Assembly: GCA_963977615.1 (NCBI GenBank)
Contig: CAXBPL010000002.1
Location: 32,149 to 96,148, forward strand
Length of the DNA stretch: 64,000 nucleotides
Reading direction: 5' to 3'
Source of the DNA: an uncultured Polaribacter sp.
GTDB taxonomy: Bacteria; Bacteroidota; Bacteroidia; Flavobacteriales; Flavobacteriaceae
Position numbers and translations under genes: made by a program. Shown piece by piece: positions 29,508 to 38,745 of this stretch (position 1 is the first letter of the stretch; every line of letters begins with the position of its first letter). The notes beneath the pieces are model-generated. The model did not search any database. It was not told where the DNA came from and worked only from the letters and a program-made list of their open reading frames with translations.

Positions 29508-32135
29508 ATGAAAAATAGCGATTACACTAAAAGGAAATTTAATGAATATATAATAAAAAAATTGTTATTCGTGTTTTTAGCTGTGCTTGTTTTTTTAAGC
29601 TGTAAAGACAAAAAAGATAATTTAGTTATAAAAGAAATTAATACCAATTGGACTTTTCAAGAAATAAATGGAACAAATTCAGGAACAGCGAAAGTGCCTG
29701 GAACTATTCACACAGATTTAATAGATAATAAACTAATCGAAGATCCATTTTACAGAACGAATGAAAAAAAAATACAGTGGATAGATAAAAAAGATTGGGA
29801 ATATAAAACCACTTTTAAAGTTGCTCCAGAAATGCATCAGAAAAAAAACATTGTTTTAAATTTTGATGGTTTAGATACCTATGCAGACGTTTATTTAAAT
29901 GATACTTTAATCTTACAGGCAAATAATATGTTTCGCTCTTGGGAGGTTGATGTAAAAAAGTTTGTGAAGCAAGGAGATAATCAACTAAAAGTAATATTAC
30001 ACTCGCCAATAAAAAAAGGTTTGGCATTGTTAGAAGCTTCTCCTTATGGATTTCCTGCAAATATGGATCAATCTGAAAATGGAGAAATAGGAGATAAAAA
30101 AATCTCTATGTTTACACGAAAAGCTGGCTATCATTATGGTTGGGATTGGGGACCAAGATTGGTTACTTCAGGGATATGGAAACCAATTACATTAAAAGCT
30201 TGGGATGTACTTAGAATAACAGATGTTTTTATTAAACAACCCAATATCACTAAAGAAGAAGCTAAAATAGAATTTGAGGTTTCTGTGAATGTTGATGAAA
30301 ATTTCCTCGGAAAAATAAATATTTTAAATACAGAAACACAAACTGTTTATAAATTTATTCCAGTAAATTTTTCATCAAAAGAAGATAAAATAGCCATTCC
30401 AATATCTATAAAAAAACCAAAATTATGGTGGTCTAAGGGTTTAGGAGATCCAAATATGTATCATTTTACTGTGCAAATTGTAAATGAAGATGATACTGAA
30501 ATTTCAAGAAAAGAAATTTCTACAGGCTTAAGAAGTATAAAACTCATCAGAAAAAAAGATACAGTTGGCGAATCCTTTTTGTTCGAAATTAATGGAATTC
30601 CGACTTTTATAAAAGGGGCAAATTATATTCCTAATGATAGTTTTTTAACAAGAGTTAGCAACGAAGATTACGAAAAAGTTATAAAAGATGCTGTAGATGC
30701 CAATATGAATATGTTGCGTGTTTGGGGAGGTGGAATTTATGAAAACGATTATTTTTATGAATTAGCAGATAAAAACGGACTCTTAATTTGGCAAGATTTT
30801 ATGTTCGCGTGTGCAATGTATCCTGGAGATAAAGCCTTTTTAGAAAACATAAAACAAGAAGCGATTGACAATGTTGTGCGTTTAAGAAACCATCCAAGTA
30901 TTGCACTTTGGTGTGGTAATAACGAGATTAGTTGGGCTTGGAGTTTTACTGATAATCCTGGTTGGGGCTGGAAAGATTTATACACAAAAGAACAGCAGAA
31001 AGAGGTTGCACAAACGTATTTAGATATTTTTCATGCTATTTTACCAGAAGTTGTAAAAACATATTCTAATAATACAGATTATTGGCCTTCTTCTCCACAA
31101 GCTGGTTTTGAACCAGAAAAATATCCTGGTTATGAGAATACTTCTGGAGACATGCATTATTGGGGTGTTTGGCACAATAAACATCTTTTTGAAGACTTCG
31201 AAAAATACAAAGCGCGTTTTATGAGCGAATATGGTTTTCAATCTTTTCCTGATTTTGAAACTGTAAAAAAATACGCACTTCCAGAAGATTTTGATATTGA
31301 GAGTGAAGTAATGGCATCTCATCAAAGAAGTGGAATTGGCAATCTTCGAATTAAAGAATATATGAGTTGGTATTATAAAGTATCATCAAAATTTGAGGAT
31401 TTTTTATATATGAGTCAGGTTTTACAAGCAAGAGCTTTAAAGACAGCTATTGAAGCACATAGAAGAGCAATGCCATATACAATGGGAACTATGTATTGGC
31501 AAATTAACGATTGTTGGCCAGTAGCAAGTTGGAGTAGCACAGATTATTACAAAAAATGGAAAGCGTCTCATTATGCTATTAAAAAAGCATACGAACCAGT
31601 TTTGTTAACCATTCATCAAGAGAAAGAAGAGTTAATAATTCATGGTATTTCTGATAAATTAGAAGATTTAAAAGGCATTTTAAAATTAACCATTTTAGAT
31701 TTTAATGGTGAAAATTTATCAGTTGAAAATCATAAAGTTGTACTCCATAAAAACACAAGTACAGAAATATTTAAAACATCAATTCAAAAAATTAGTAAAA
31801 ACTTTAATAAAAATGAAATTGTGTTGAAGGTAGAGTTTTATCAAAATGATGAAAATTTAATTGCTAAAAAATTATTTTATTTTGAAAAACCCAAGGATCT
31901 AAACTTTGAAAAACCCAACATTAAAACTGAAATAATTAAGAATGATGGGAAGAGCTATTTAGTAATTTCTTCAGATAAATTAGTCAAAAACTTGTACATC
32001 AACTTTAAAGATAAAAACATTTTTATTGATGATAATTATTTTGATTTGCTACCAAATGAAGAGGTCTCATTAGAATTAATAGCAACAGAAATGATAGATT
32101 TAAATGAGATAGAATTTCAATATTTAACAAAATAA
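29508..32135 (+). CDS. GH2 beta-mannosidase-like lipoprotein
   Basis: GLDTYA, YGWDWGP, MLRVWGGG, WQDFMF, WCGNNE, RFMSEYGFQS, WQINDCWP; lipobox VFLSC. Confidence 0.92.
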   Translation: MKNSDYTKRKFNEYIIKKLLFVFLAVLVFLSCKDKKDNLVIKEINTNWTFQEINGTNSGTAKVPGTIHTDLIDNKLIEDPFYRTNEKKIQWIDKKDWEYKTTFKVAPEMHQKKNIVLNFDGLDTYADVYLNDTLILQANNMFRSWEVDVKKFVKQGDNQLKVILHSPIKKGLALLEASPYGFPANMDQSENGEIGDKKISMFTRKAGYHYGWDWGPRLVTSGIWKPITLKAWDVLRITDVFIKQPNITKEEAKIEFEVSVNVDENFLGKINILNTETQTVYKFIPVNFSSKEDKIAIPISIKKPKLWWSKGLGDPNMYHFTVQIVNEDDTEISRKEISTGLRSIKLIRKKDTVGESFLFEINGIPTFIKGANYIPNDSFLTRVSNEDYEKVIKDAVDANMNMLRVWGGGIYENDYFYELADKNGLLIWQDFMFACAMYPGDKAFLENIKQEAIDNVVRLRNHPSIALWCGNNEISWAWSFTDNPGWGWKDLYTKEQQKEVAQTYLDIFHAILPEVVKTYSNNTDYWPSSPQAGFEPEKYPGYENTSGDMHYWGVWHNKHLFEDFEKYKARFMSEYGFQSFPDFETVKKYALPEDFDIESEVMASHQRSGIGNLRIKEYMSWYYKVSSKFEDFLYMSQVLQARALKTAIEAHRRAMPYTMGTMYWQINDCWPVASWSSTDYYKKWKASHYAIKKAYEPVLLTIHQEKEELIIHGISDKLEDLKGILKLTILDFNGENLSVENHKVVLHKNTSTEIFKTSIQKISKNFNKNEIVLKVEFYQNDENLIAKKLFYFEKPKDLNFEKPNIKTEIIKNDGKSYLVISSDKLVKNLYINFKDKNIFIDDNYFDLLPNEEVSLELIATEMIDLNEIEFQYLTK

Positions 32136-32145
32136 AAAAATAAAG

Positions 32146-32958
32146 ATGATAGAGCATCAAAGAGAATTTATAAATTTCAGAAAACATATTTCAACGATTA
32201 TTTTTGTGCTTTTTATAAGTATTTCTTTTAGTCAAAATGAAAAATGTTACGATTCTAAACTATTTATTAGTCAATTAGATACGCTTAAATATCGAATCAT
32301 GATGCCCGAAAATTTTGATGCTTCTAAGCAATATCCAATCGTGTTATTTTTACATGGTGCAGGAGAAAGAGGCAATGATAATAAGGCACAATTAATTCAT
32401 GGTAGTAGTTTGTTTGCATCAGAAAAAAACAGAAAAAATTTTCCTGCAATTGTAGTTTTTCCACAATGTCCAACAGATTCTTACTGGGCAAATGTAAATA
32501 TTGATAGAAGTTCTTATCCTTTAAAAATAGAATTTCCAGAAAATAAAACGCCTACAAAACCACTGGAATTGGTTATGGAGCTCATGGATGATTTAGCTTC
32601 GAAACCGTATGTAAATAAAAATCAAATATATGTTGGAGGAATGTCTATGGGAGGAATGGGAACTTTTGAAATCTTAGCTCGAAAGCCAAAAATGTTTGCT
32701 GCTGCTATTGCTATTTGTGGAGCTGGTAATCCTAATTTATCAAAAGAATATGCAGAATCTACACCACTTTGGGTTTTTCACGGAGCAAAAGATAATGTCG
32801 TAAATCCGCAAGAATCTTTAAAAATGGTCAGTGGAATTTTAAAATATGGAGGTTTTCCGCATTTTACACTTTACGCAAATCATACTCATAATAGTTGGGA
32901 TAGTGCTTTTGCAGAACCAGAATTATTGTCTTGGTTATTTTCTAATATTAAAAATTAA
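32146..32958 (+). CDS. Alpha/beta-hydrolase esterase (predicted carbohydrate esterase/peptidase)
   Basis: LFLHGAGERG, FPQCP, nucleophile GMSMGG, FHGAKD, HNSW. Confidence 0.85.
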   Translation: MIEHQREFINFRKHISTIIFVLFISISFSQNEKCYDSKLFISQLDTLKYRIMMPENFDASKQYPIVLFLHGAGERGNDNKAQLIHGSSLFASEKNRKNFPAIVVFPQCPTDSYWANVNIDRSSYPLKIEFPENKTPTKPLELVMELMDDLASKPYVNKNQIYVGGMSMGGMGTFEILARKPKMFAAAIAICGAGNPNLSKEYAESTPLWVFHGAKDNVVNPQESLKMVSGILKYGGFPHFTLYANHTHNSWDSAFAEPELLSWLFSNIKN

Positions 32959-32962
32959 AAAC

Positions 32963-35242
32963 ATGAATAAATTATTTAAATCTTCAATTATAACCATATT
33001 AATTTTAGGTATTTTTAGTTGTAAAACAACAAAAGTTGAGCAAAATACAACTACAACTATTTCAGAAACCAAAACAGTTGTTAAAACTAAACTTGACCTA
33101 AAAGTAGATTCTTTAATGAGTTTAATGACGCTGAAAGAAAAAATTGGACAAACAGTTATGTATGCTGGAGATTTAACTGTAACAGGTCCTGTTGTAAGTA
33201 ATGATAATCAGAAATATGTAAAACAAGGTGATGTTGGTGCTATGCTAAATGTGTTTTCTGTAAAAGCAACTAGAGATTTACAAAAAATTGCAGTTGAAGA
33301 AACACGTTTAGGGATTCCTTTATTGTTTGGTTATGATGTAATTCACGGCTTTAAAACTATTTTTCCAATCAATTTAGGGTTGGCTGCAAGTTGGGATTTA
33401 GCAGGTATAGAAAAAGGTTCGCGAATTGCAGCAGAAGAAGCATCTGCAGTGGGTATTCATTGGACATTTGCACCTATGATTGATATTAGTAGAGATCCAA
33501 GATGGGGTCGTATTTCTGAAAGTGCAGGAGAAGATGTGTATTTAACAAGTAAAATTGGTCAGGCTTATGTAAGAGGTTTTCAAGGAGATGACTTATCAAA
33601 ACACAATACAATCCTTGCTACTGCAAAACATTTTGTTGGTTATGGAGCAGCACAAGCTGGTCGTGATTATCATACTGTAAATATGGGGCAAGATGAATTA
33701 AGAAACGTGTATTTACCTCCTTTTAAAGCAACTGTTGATGCTGGTGTAGAAACCTTTATGACTGCTTTTAATGAATTAAATGGAGTTCCTGCAACAGGAA
33801 ATAAATTTATTTTTAATGATATTTTAAGAGACGAATGGAACTTTAAAGGCTTTGTAGTAACCGATTATTTTGCCATTAATGAAATGGTTGTTCATGGTTA
33901 TGCAAAAGATAGAAAACATGCAACTAAATTAGCAATTGAAGCAGGTGTAGACCAAGATATGATGAGTAATACCAATCATTTATATTTAGAAGAATTGGTA
34001 AATGAGGGTAAAGTTGATGAAGAACTTGTAAATATTGCTTGTAGAAGAGTTTTATTAACAAAATTCAAATTAGGTTTATTTGAGGATCCTTATAAATATT
34101 CTGATGAAAAACGAGAAAAAGAAACAATTTACAAACCAGCTTTTTTAGAGGAAGCTCGTAAATCTGCAGCAATGTCATCGGTTTTATTAAAAAATGATGA
34201 GGCATCACTTCCTTTAAAAAAAACACAAACAATTGCGTTGGTTGGACCATTAGTAAATGATAAAGAAAATATCATTGGAAATTGGGCAGCAGAAGGAGAT
34301 AGAAATGGAAAAGCGATTAGTATACATCAAGGGATTCAAGAATATTTAGGCAATTCTAAGATCATTTTTGCAAAAGGATCTGAAATTGAAAGCGATGATG
34401 AAAGTGGTTTTGTTGATGCCATAAATGCCGCTAAAAAAGCAGATAAAATTGTAATGGTTTTAGGTGAAGACTATAAAATGAGTGGAGAAGCAGCTTCTAG
34501 AACTAATATAAAATTACCAGGAAAACAAACCGATTTAATTAAAGCAATTAGAAAAGCAGTACCCAATAAAAAAATTATTTTAGTGTTGATGAATGGGCGT
34601 CCTTTAGATTTGTCTGAAGAAGATATTTTGGCAGATGCTATTTTAGAAGTTTGGTTCCCTGGAACAAGTGGAGGTCTAGGTGTTGCAGATGTGTTGTTTG
34701 GAACTTACAATCCTTCAGCAAAATTGCCAGTTACTTTTCCAAGAACTTTAGGGCAAGTGCCAATTTATTATAACATGAAAAGAGCAGGAAGACCAAACCA
34801 TAATGACAATCCTAAGGAAAGATATACCTCTAATTATTTAGATTCAAAAAATAGTCCTTTATATGCTTTTGGTCATGGGTTGAGTTATACAAATTTCGAA
34901 TATTCAGAACTTGAATTATCAGCAACAAAAATTGGATTTTCAGATACGTTAACAGCTTCTGTAACTATTAAAAATACAGGAAATTACGATGGTCATGAAA
35001 TTGTTCAATTATATATTCATGATAAGGTTGGAAGCCTTACAAGACCTGTAAAGGAATTAAAAGGATTTCAAAAAATACACTTTAAAAAAGGGGAAACCAA
35101 AGTTGTTACTTTTAAGTTAACTGTTGAAGATTTAAAATTTTACACGCCAAATAATAAGTTTGAAGCAGAACCTGGCGATTTTAATATTGCTATTAAAGGA
35201 AGTTCAAATTTTAATTTTAAGCACACATTTACTTTAGAATAA
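32963..35242 (+). CDS. bglX: GH3 beta-glucosidase (BglX-like) lipoprotein
   Basis: Start moved to the ATG at 32963 (MNKLFKSS..., lipobox IFSC); DVIHG, RDPRWGR, KHFVGYG, VVTDY, MSGEAASR. Confidence 0.9.
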   Translation: MNKLFKSSIITILILGIFSCKTTKVEQNTTTTISETKTVVKTKLDLKVDSLMSLMTLKEKIGQTVMYAGDLTVTGPVVSNDNQKYVKQGDVGAMLNVFSVKATRDLQKIAVEETRLGIPLLFGYDVIHGFKTIFPINLGLAASWDLAGIEKGSRIAAEEASAVGIHWTFAPMIDISRDPRWGRISESAGEDVYLTSKIGQAYVRGFQGDDLSKHNTILATAKHFVGYGAAQAGRDYHTVNMGQDELRNVYLPPFKATVDAGVETFMTAFNELNGVPATGNKFIFNDILRDEWNFKGFVVTDYFAINEMVVHGYAKDRKHATKLAIEAGVDQDMMSNTNHLYLEELVNEGKVDEELVNIACRRVLLTKFKLGLFEDPYKYSDEKREKETIYKPAFLEEARKSAAMSSVLLKNDEASLPLKKTQTIALVGPLVNDKENIIGNWAAEGDRNGKAISIHQGIQEYLGNSKIIFAKGSEIESDDESGFVDAINAAKKADKIVMVLGEDYKMSGEAASRTNIKLPGKQTDLIKAIRKAVPNKKIILVLMNGRPLDLSEEDILADAILEVWFPGTSGGLGVADVLFGTYNPSAKLPVTFPRTLGQVPIYYNMKRAGRPNHNDNPKERYTSNYLDSKNSPLYAFGHGLSYTNFEYSELELSATKIGFSDTLTASVTIKNTGNYDGHEIVQLYIHDKVGSLTRPVKELKGFQKIHFKKGETKVVTFKLTVEDLKFYTPNNKFEAEPGDFNIAIKGSSNFNFKHTFTLE

Positions 35243-35279
35243 TAAACTTGTTGAATCATACTCCGTAATCAGTTTACAT

Positions 35280-35321
35280 AAAAAAGAAGCCAAAGAACAT
35301 AATTCTTTGGCTTCTTTTTTT
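35280..35321. terminator. Bidirectional terminator between bglX and the sigma factor
   Basis: aaaaaagaagccaaagaa-cata-attctttggcttcttttttt. Confidence 0.85.
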
Positions 35322-35339
35322 ATGTTATATATTAAATGT

Positions 35340-36203
35340 TTACCCTAAATAATAACGTAAAAATTCTGTTTTAGATTTACTCTGTAAACGTCTAATAGCT
35401 CTTTGTTTTACTTGTCTTACACGTTCTCTTGTTAAATCAAACTGTTCACCAATTTCTGCTAAACTACAAGGAGATTTACGTCCAATTCCATAAAACATTT
35501 TAATAACTTTTGCCTCCTTTTGAGATAACGTTCCTAAAGCTCTATCAATTTCAGTAGTTAAAGATTGTTTCATTAATTCGTTATCTGGTCTTGGCGAATC
35601 TCCAGATTGTAAAACATTATACATATTAGAATCTTCACCTTCTCTAAAAGGAGCATCCATAGAAATATGTCTGCCAGAATTTTTCATACTTTGCTCAACA
35701 CTACTAACAGTAGTATCTAATTCATTCGCAATTTCCACATACGTAGGTATTCTTTCATTACGTTGTTCTAATTTCGAGTATATTTTTTTAATCTTACTAA
35801 TACTTCCAATCTTATTCAAAGGCAAACGTACAATTCTAGATTGATCTGCTAATGCAGACATAATCGACTGACGAATCCACCAAACAGCATAAGAAATAAA
35901 CTTAAAACCTCTAGTTTCATCAAAACGTTTTGCAGCTTTTACCAAGCCTAAATTACCTTCATTAATTAAATCCGATAATTTTAAACCTTGATTTTGATAT
36001 TGTTTTGCCACAGAAACAACAAATCGTAAGTTCGCTTTCACCAATTGATCTAATGCTTTACCATCTCCTTTTTTTATTTTCAAAGCCAATTCAACTTCCT
36101 CATCAGCAGTTATTAAGCCAATTTTACTAATTTCTTGAAAATATTTATCTAAAGATTTTGCATCACGATTGGTTACTTGTTTACTTATTTTAAGTTGTCT
36201 CAT
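35340..36203 (-). CDS. RpoD/SigA-family sigma-70 factor (Bacteroidetes type, no region 1.1), probably a secondary paralog
   Basis: [55 protein letters not shown]. Confidence 0.92.
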   Translation of the reverse strand: MRQLKISKQVTNRDAKSLDKYFQEISKIGLITADEEVELALKIKKGDGKALDQLVKANLRFVVSVAKQYQNQGLKLSDLINEGNLGLVKAAKRFDETRGFKFISYAVWWIRQSIMSALADQSRIVRLPLNKIGSISKIKKIYSKLEQRNERIPTYVEIANELDTTVSSVEQSMKNSGRHISMDAPFREGEDSNMYNVLQSGDSPRPDNELMKQSLTTEIDRALGTLSQKEAKVIKMFYGIGRKSPCSLAEIGEQFDLTRERVRQVKQRAIRRLQSKSKTEFLRYYLG

Positions 36204-36232
36204 ATATAGTATAAAGTTTTTAAAGATTAATA

Positions 36233-36424
36233 TTAAATAAATAGATTACAATCATCGCAGTTTTTTATTTTGCCATAATACGTTTCTCTATATTTATGTA
36301 GTGTTTTTGTTGGGATGCCTAAAACGTATTTTTTAATATAAGTAACACGTGAGTTTAACATACCCATTGCAGAAGAATAATATTTTTCTTGTTTTGTTCT
36401 TCTTTTAATTTGAATAATTTTCAT
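36233..36424 (-). CDS. Small basic hypothetical protein with a C-terminal CxxC, directly upstream of the sigma factor
   Basis: ATG at 36424 (MKIIQIKRR...[10 protein letters not shown]); 29 nt from the sigma start. Confidence 0.65.
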   Translation of the reverse strand: MKIIQIKRRTKQEKYYSSAMGMLNSRVTYIKKYVLGIPTKTLHKYRETYYGKIKNCDDCNLFI

Positions 36425-36737
36425 AATAATAAATTTAGAAATGCTCAAAAAAGCATTTTTAAGTTTGATAATAAAATATTTTGGTTGAATATCTTTTGTG
36501 CAAAAAAAAGATGCAAAAAAGTTAGCTAGAAAGCTTGATTGCTAAAATTATGAGAGTGATGAACAAAAAGTCTAAAATTGAAATTATAGCACTTGATATT
36601 TTGATTACGAAAAATTGATGTAATTCTCATAGAGTGCAAAAATACGAAAAATAAGTCGATTTTGCTAAAAAATAGCACATTATTATCATTTTTTGTTTAA
36701 AAACGATAAAAAATACCCTTTTTTTGTCAATTTTCAA

Positions 36738-36795
36738 AAGAGTTAAAGTTTGAGTTGTTTGTGTTAAGTAAGTCCAAATTATTCTTGTAATTTTG
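36738..36795 (+). promoter_or_regulatory. Conserved promoter, copy A: AAGAGTTAA-N14-GTGTTAA-N20-TAATTTTG
   Basis: GTTAA at 36742 and 36763; TAnnTTTG at 36788. Confidence 0.7.
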
Positions 36796-36818
36796 CAGCA
36801 ACCCCAAAACACACAATC

Positions 36819-37316
36819 ATGAAAATGATTCATAAATTTATATTTATAATAACTGTAATACTTTTTACTTCTTGTAGTTCCAGTTCTAAAGCAGATCGTA
36901 TTAATAGTAATCTAGTTGATAATAAGAATATATCACTCTTAAATATCGATGATGATCAAAAAGTAATCATCAGAAAAGATTATTATGGTACGTATTCTTT
37001 TAGCAGTTGGAACGCTTACAACGTAGCAAATACACAGATTCACCAAGTTAAGAATTTAAAATATAATAGTTCTGTAGAGCGTATCGAAAATTTAGAAAGA
37101 AACATCTCAAAATTATCTTCAACAATTCCTGATTGGTTAGAAACTAATAAAGTTTTAAAAAAGATTGAAGATGTTAAAGAAGAATACGCAACTTTATTAA
37201 ATGAGAAAGATAAGTCTACAAAAGATATTAGAGAAAACTGGGAAGTGTTAAGCAACGAATTTGATGAATTGCGTGAAGAGTTAAATGAAACAGTAAAAGA
37301 TTATAGAACTGAATAG
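36819..37316 (+). CDS. Helical lipoprotein, paralog A (TIPxWL family)
   Basis: Lipobox LFTSC; TIPDWLET...FDELREELNETV. Confidence 0.8.
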   Translation: MKMIHKFIFIITVILFTSCSSSSKADRINSNLVDNKNISLLNIDDDQKVIIRKDYYGTYSFSSWNAYNVANTQIHQVKNLKYNSSVERIENLERNISKLSSTIPDWLETNKVLKKIEDVKEEYATLLNEKDKSTKDIRENWEVLSNEFDELREELNETVKDYRTE

Positions 37317-37396
37317 TGTAAGTATCCTTCTCAATTTAGATACATTTCAATTCTAAAAGTGTTATTTTTATATACCAATCAAACTCAAAAAGTACT

Positions 37397-37744
37397 ATGA
37401 AAACATTTTTAAAGATTTTATTAACGGCTTTAGCAGTAATACTTTTAGCAAACATTTTACCAGGAGTAGAAGTTGCAGGTTATCTTTCTGCAATTATTGT
37501 GGCTATTGTAATTGCTTTACTAAACATGATAGTAAGACCACTTTTAATTTTTTTAACATTGCCTGCAACCTTAATAACTTTTGGGTTGTTCATTTTTGTA
37601 ATCAACGCAATTATAATTTTATTGGCAGATAATTTAGTTGATGGTTTTACAGTAACAGGTTTTTGGGCAGCACTTTTCTTTAGTATTTTACTATCTATTT
37701 TTAGATCTTTTTTATTTTCTTTATTAGATGATAAAAAAAAATAG
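37397..37744 (+). CDS. YvlD-like 4-TM membrane protein (phage holin family 4)
   Basis: LLNMIVRPLLIFLTLPATLITFGLFIFVINA. Confidence 0.85.
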   Translation: MKTFLKILLTALAVILLANILPGVEVAGYLSAIIVAIVIALLNMIVRPLLIFLTLPATLITFGLFIFVINAIIILLADNLVDGFTVTGFWAALFFSILLSIFRSFLFSLLDDKKK

Positions 37745-38707
37745 TTAATCCTTAAAAGCAGCTCTTTGTAAACGATCGTTCATCGATTTTCCTAAACCGA
37801 AATCTGGCATTTCTTCTACAATTATTACCTCTAAATTTAAAGAATCTAATTGATGCAAACTGTCGTACAATTTTGAGGCAGCCTCTTGCAAGTTTTTTTC
37901 TTCGGATAAAATAATTTGAGTATCAATTTTATCACTCTTATAAGAAGTATTAAACGTTAAAATCCCTATTTTTTTATTGGGATGTTTTTCAATTTCTGAT
38001 GCAATATCCGTGGTTAAAATAGTTCGCGTTTTTGGAGAATAATGTTTGTTCAACATTCCTGGAGCATCTGGATTTTCTTCCTTTTTATTTTTGATGGAAA
38101 TTTTACCAACAACAGCTTCAATATCTTCTACAGACAAAGCACCTAATCTGTAAATAACAGGTTCATTATCTTCAAAACCAATTATGGTAGATTCTATTCC
38201 ATTTTTGCAAAAACCCCCATCTAAAACCATTTTAAGTTCGTCTTTAAAATAATTCTCTACGTGTTCTGGTTTTGTTGGGCTAATATTATTAAAAGGGTTT
38301 GCACTTGGTGCTGCTAAAGGAAAAGACAGCTGTTCTAAAAGCGATAAAGTTACAGGATGATTTGGTACACGAACTGCAACAGTATCTTTGCCTGCAGTAA
38401 TTATATTAGGAATATTTCTATTTTTTTTTAGGACTAAAGTCATAGAACCAGGCCAAAAAGTATTTGCTAAGATTCTCGCTTTTTCAGGAATTTCAGCAAC
38501 AATAGTTTCCAACTCATCTACAGATGAAATATGCACAATTAAAGGATTAAAAAACGGACGCTTTTTAGTTTCGAAAATACGTTTAATTGCTTTTTCGCTA
38601 AAAATATTACCAGCTAAACCATACACAGTTTCTGTAGGAATTGCCACCAATTCTTCGTTTTCTAATAACGAAATTGCTTTTTGTATGTCTTTGGAAATGA
38701 TGCTCAT
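37745..38707 (-). CDS. sua5: L-threonylcarbamoyladenylate synthase (Sua5 type)
   Basis: PTETVYGL, K.RP..NPLIVH, AAPSAN, GIEST, APGML.KHYSP; start likely at 38707. Confidence 0.93.
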   Translation of the reverse strand: MSIISKDIQKAISLLENEELVAIPTETVYGLAGNIFSEKAIKRIFETKKRPFFNPLIVHISSVDELETIVAEIPEKARILANTFWPGSMTLVLKKNRNIPNIITAGKDTVAVRVPNHPVTLSLLEQLSFPLAAPSANPFNNISPTKPEHVENYFKDELKMVLDGGFCKNGIESTIIGFEDNEPVIYRLGALSVEDIEAVVGKISIKNKKEENPDAPGMLNKHYSPKTRTILTTDIASEIEKHPNKKIGILTFNTSYKSDKIDTQIILSEEKNLQEAASKLYDSLHQLDSLNLEVIIVEEMPDFGLGKSMNDRLQRAAFKD

Positions 38708-38745
38708 AATTGTTTGCAAAATTACATATAAAATCATTAGATTTT

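Noticed and set aside
32846-32962. N-terminal extension of the GH3 ORF given in the track
   Set aside because: It overlaps the esterase gene; the lipoprotein signal peptide begins at the ATG at 32963.
36627-36833. 68-aa minus-strand ORF in the sigma/lipoprotein divergent region
   Set aside because: It overlaps promoter elements and the lipoprotein start, and its composition is not protein-like.
37397-37744. Holin-family gene as evidence of a prophage
   Set aside because: YvlD-like proteins are common chromosomal membrane proteins; no endolysin, integrase or structural genes are nearby.
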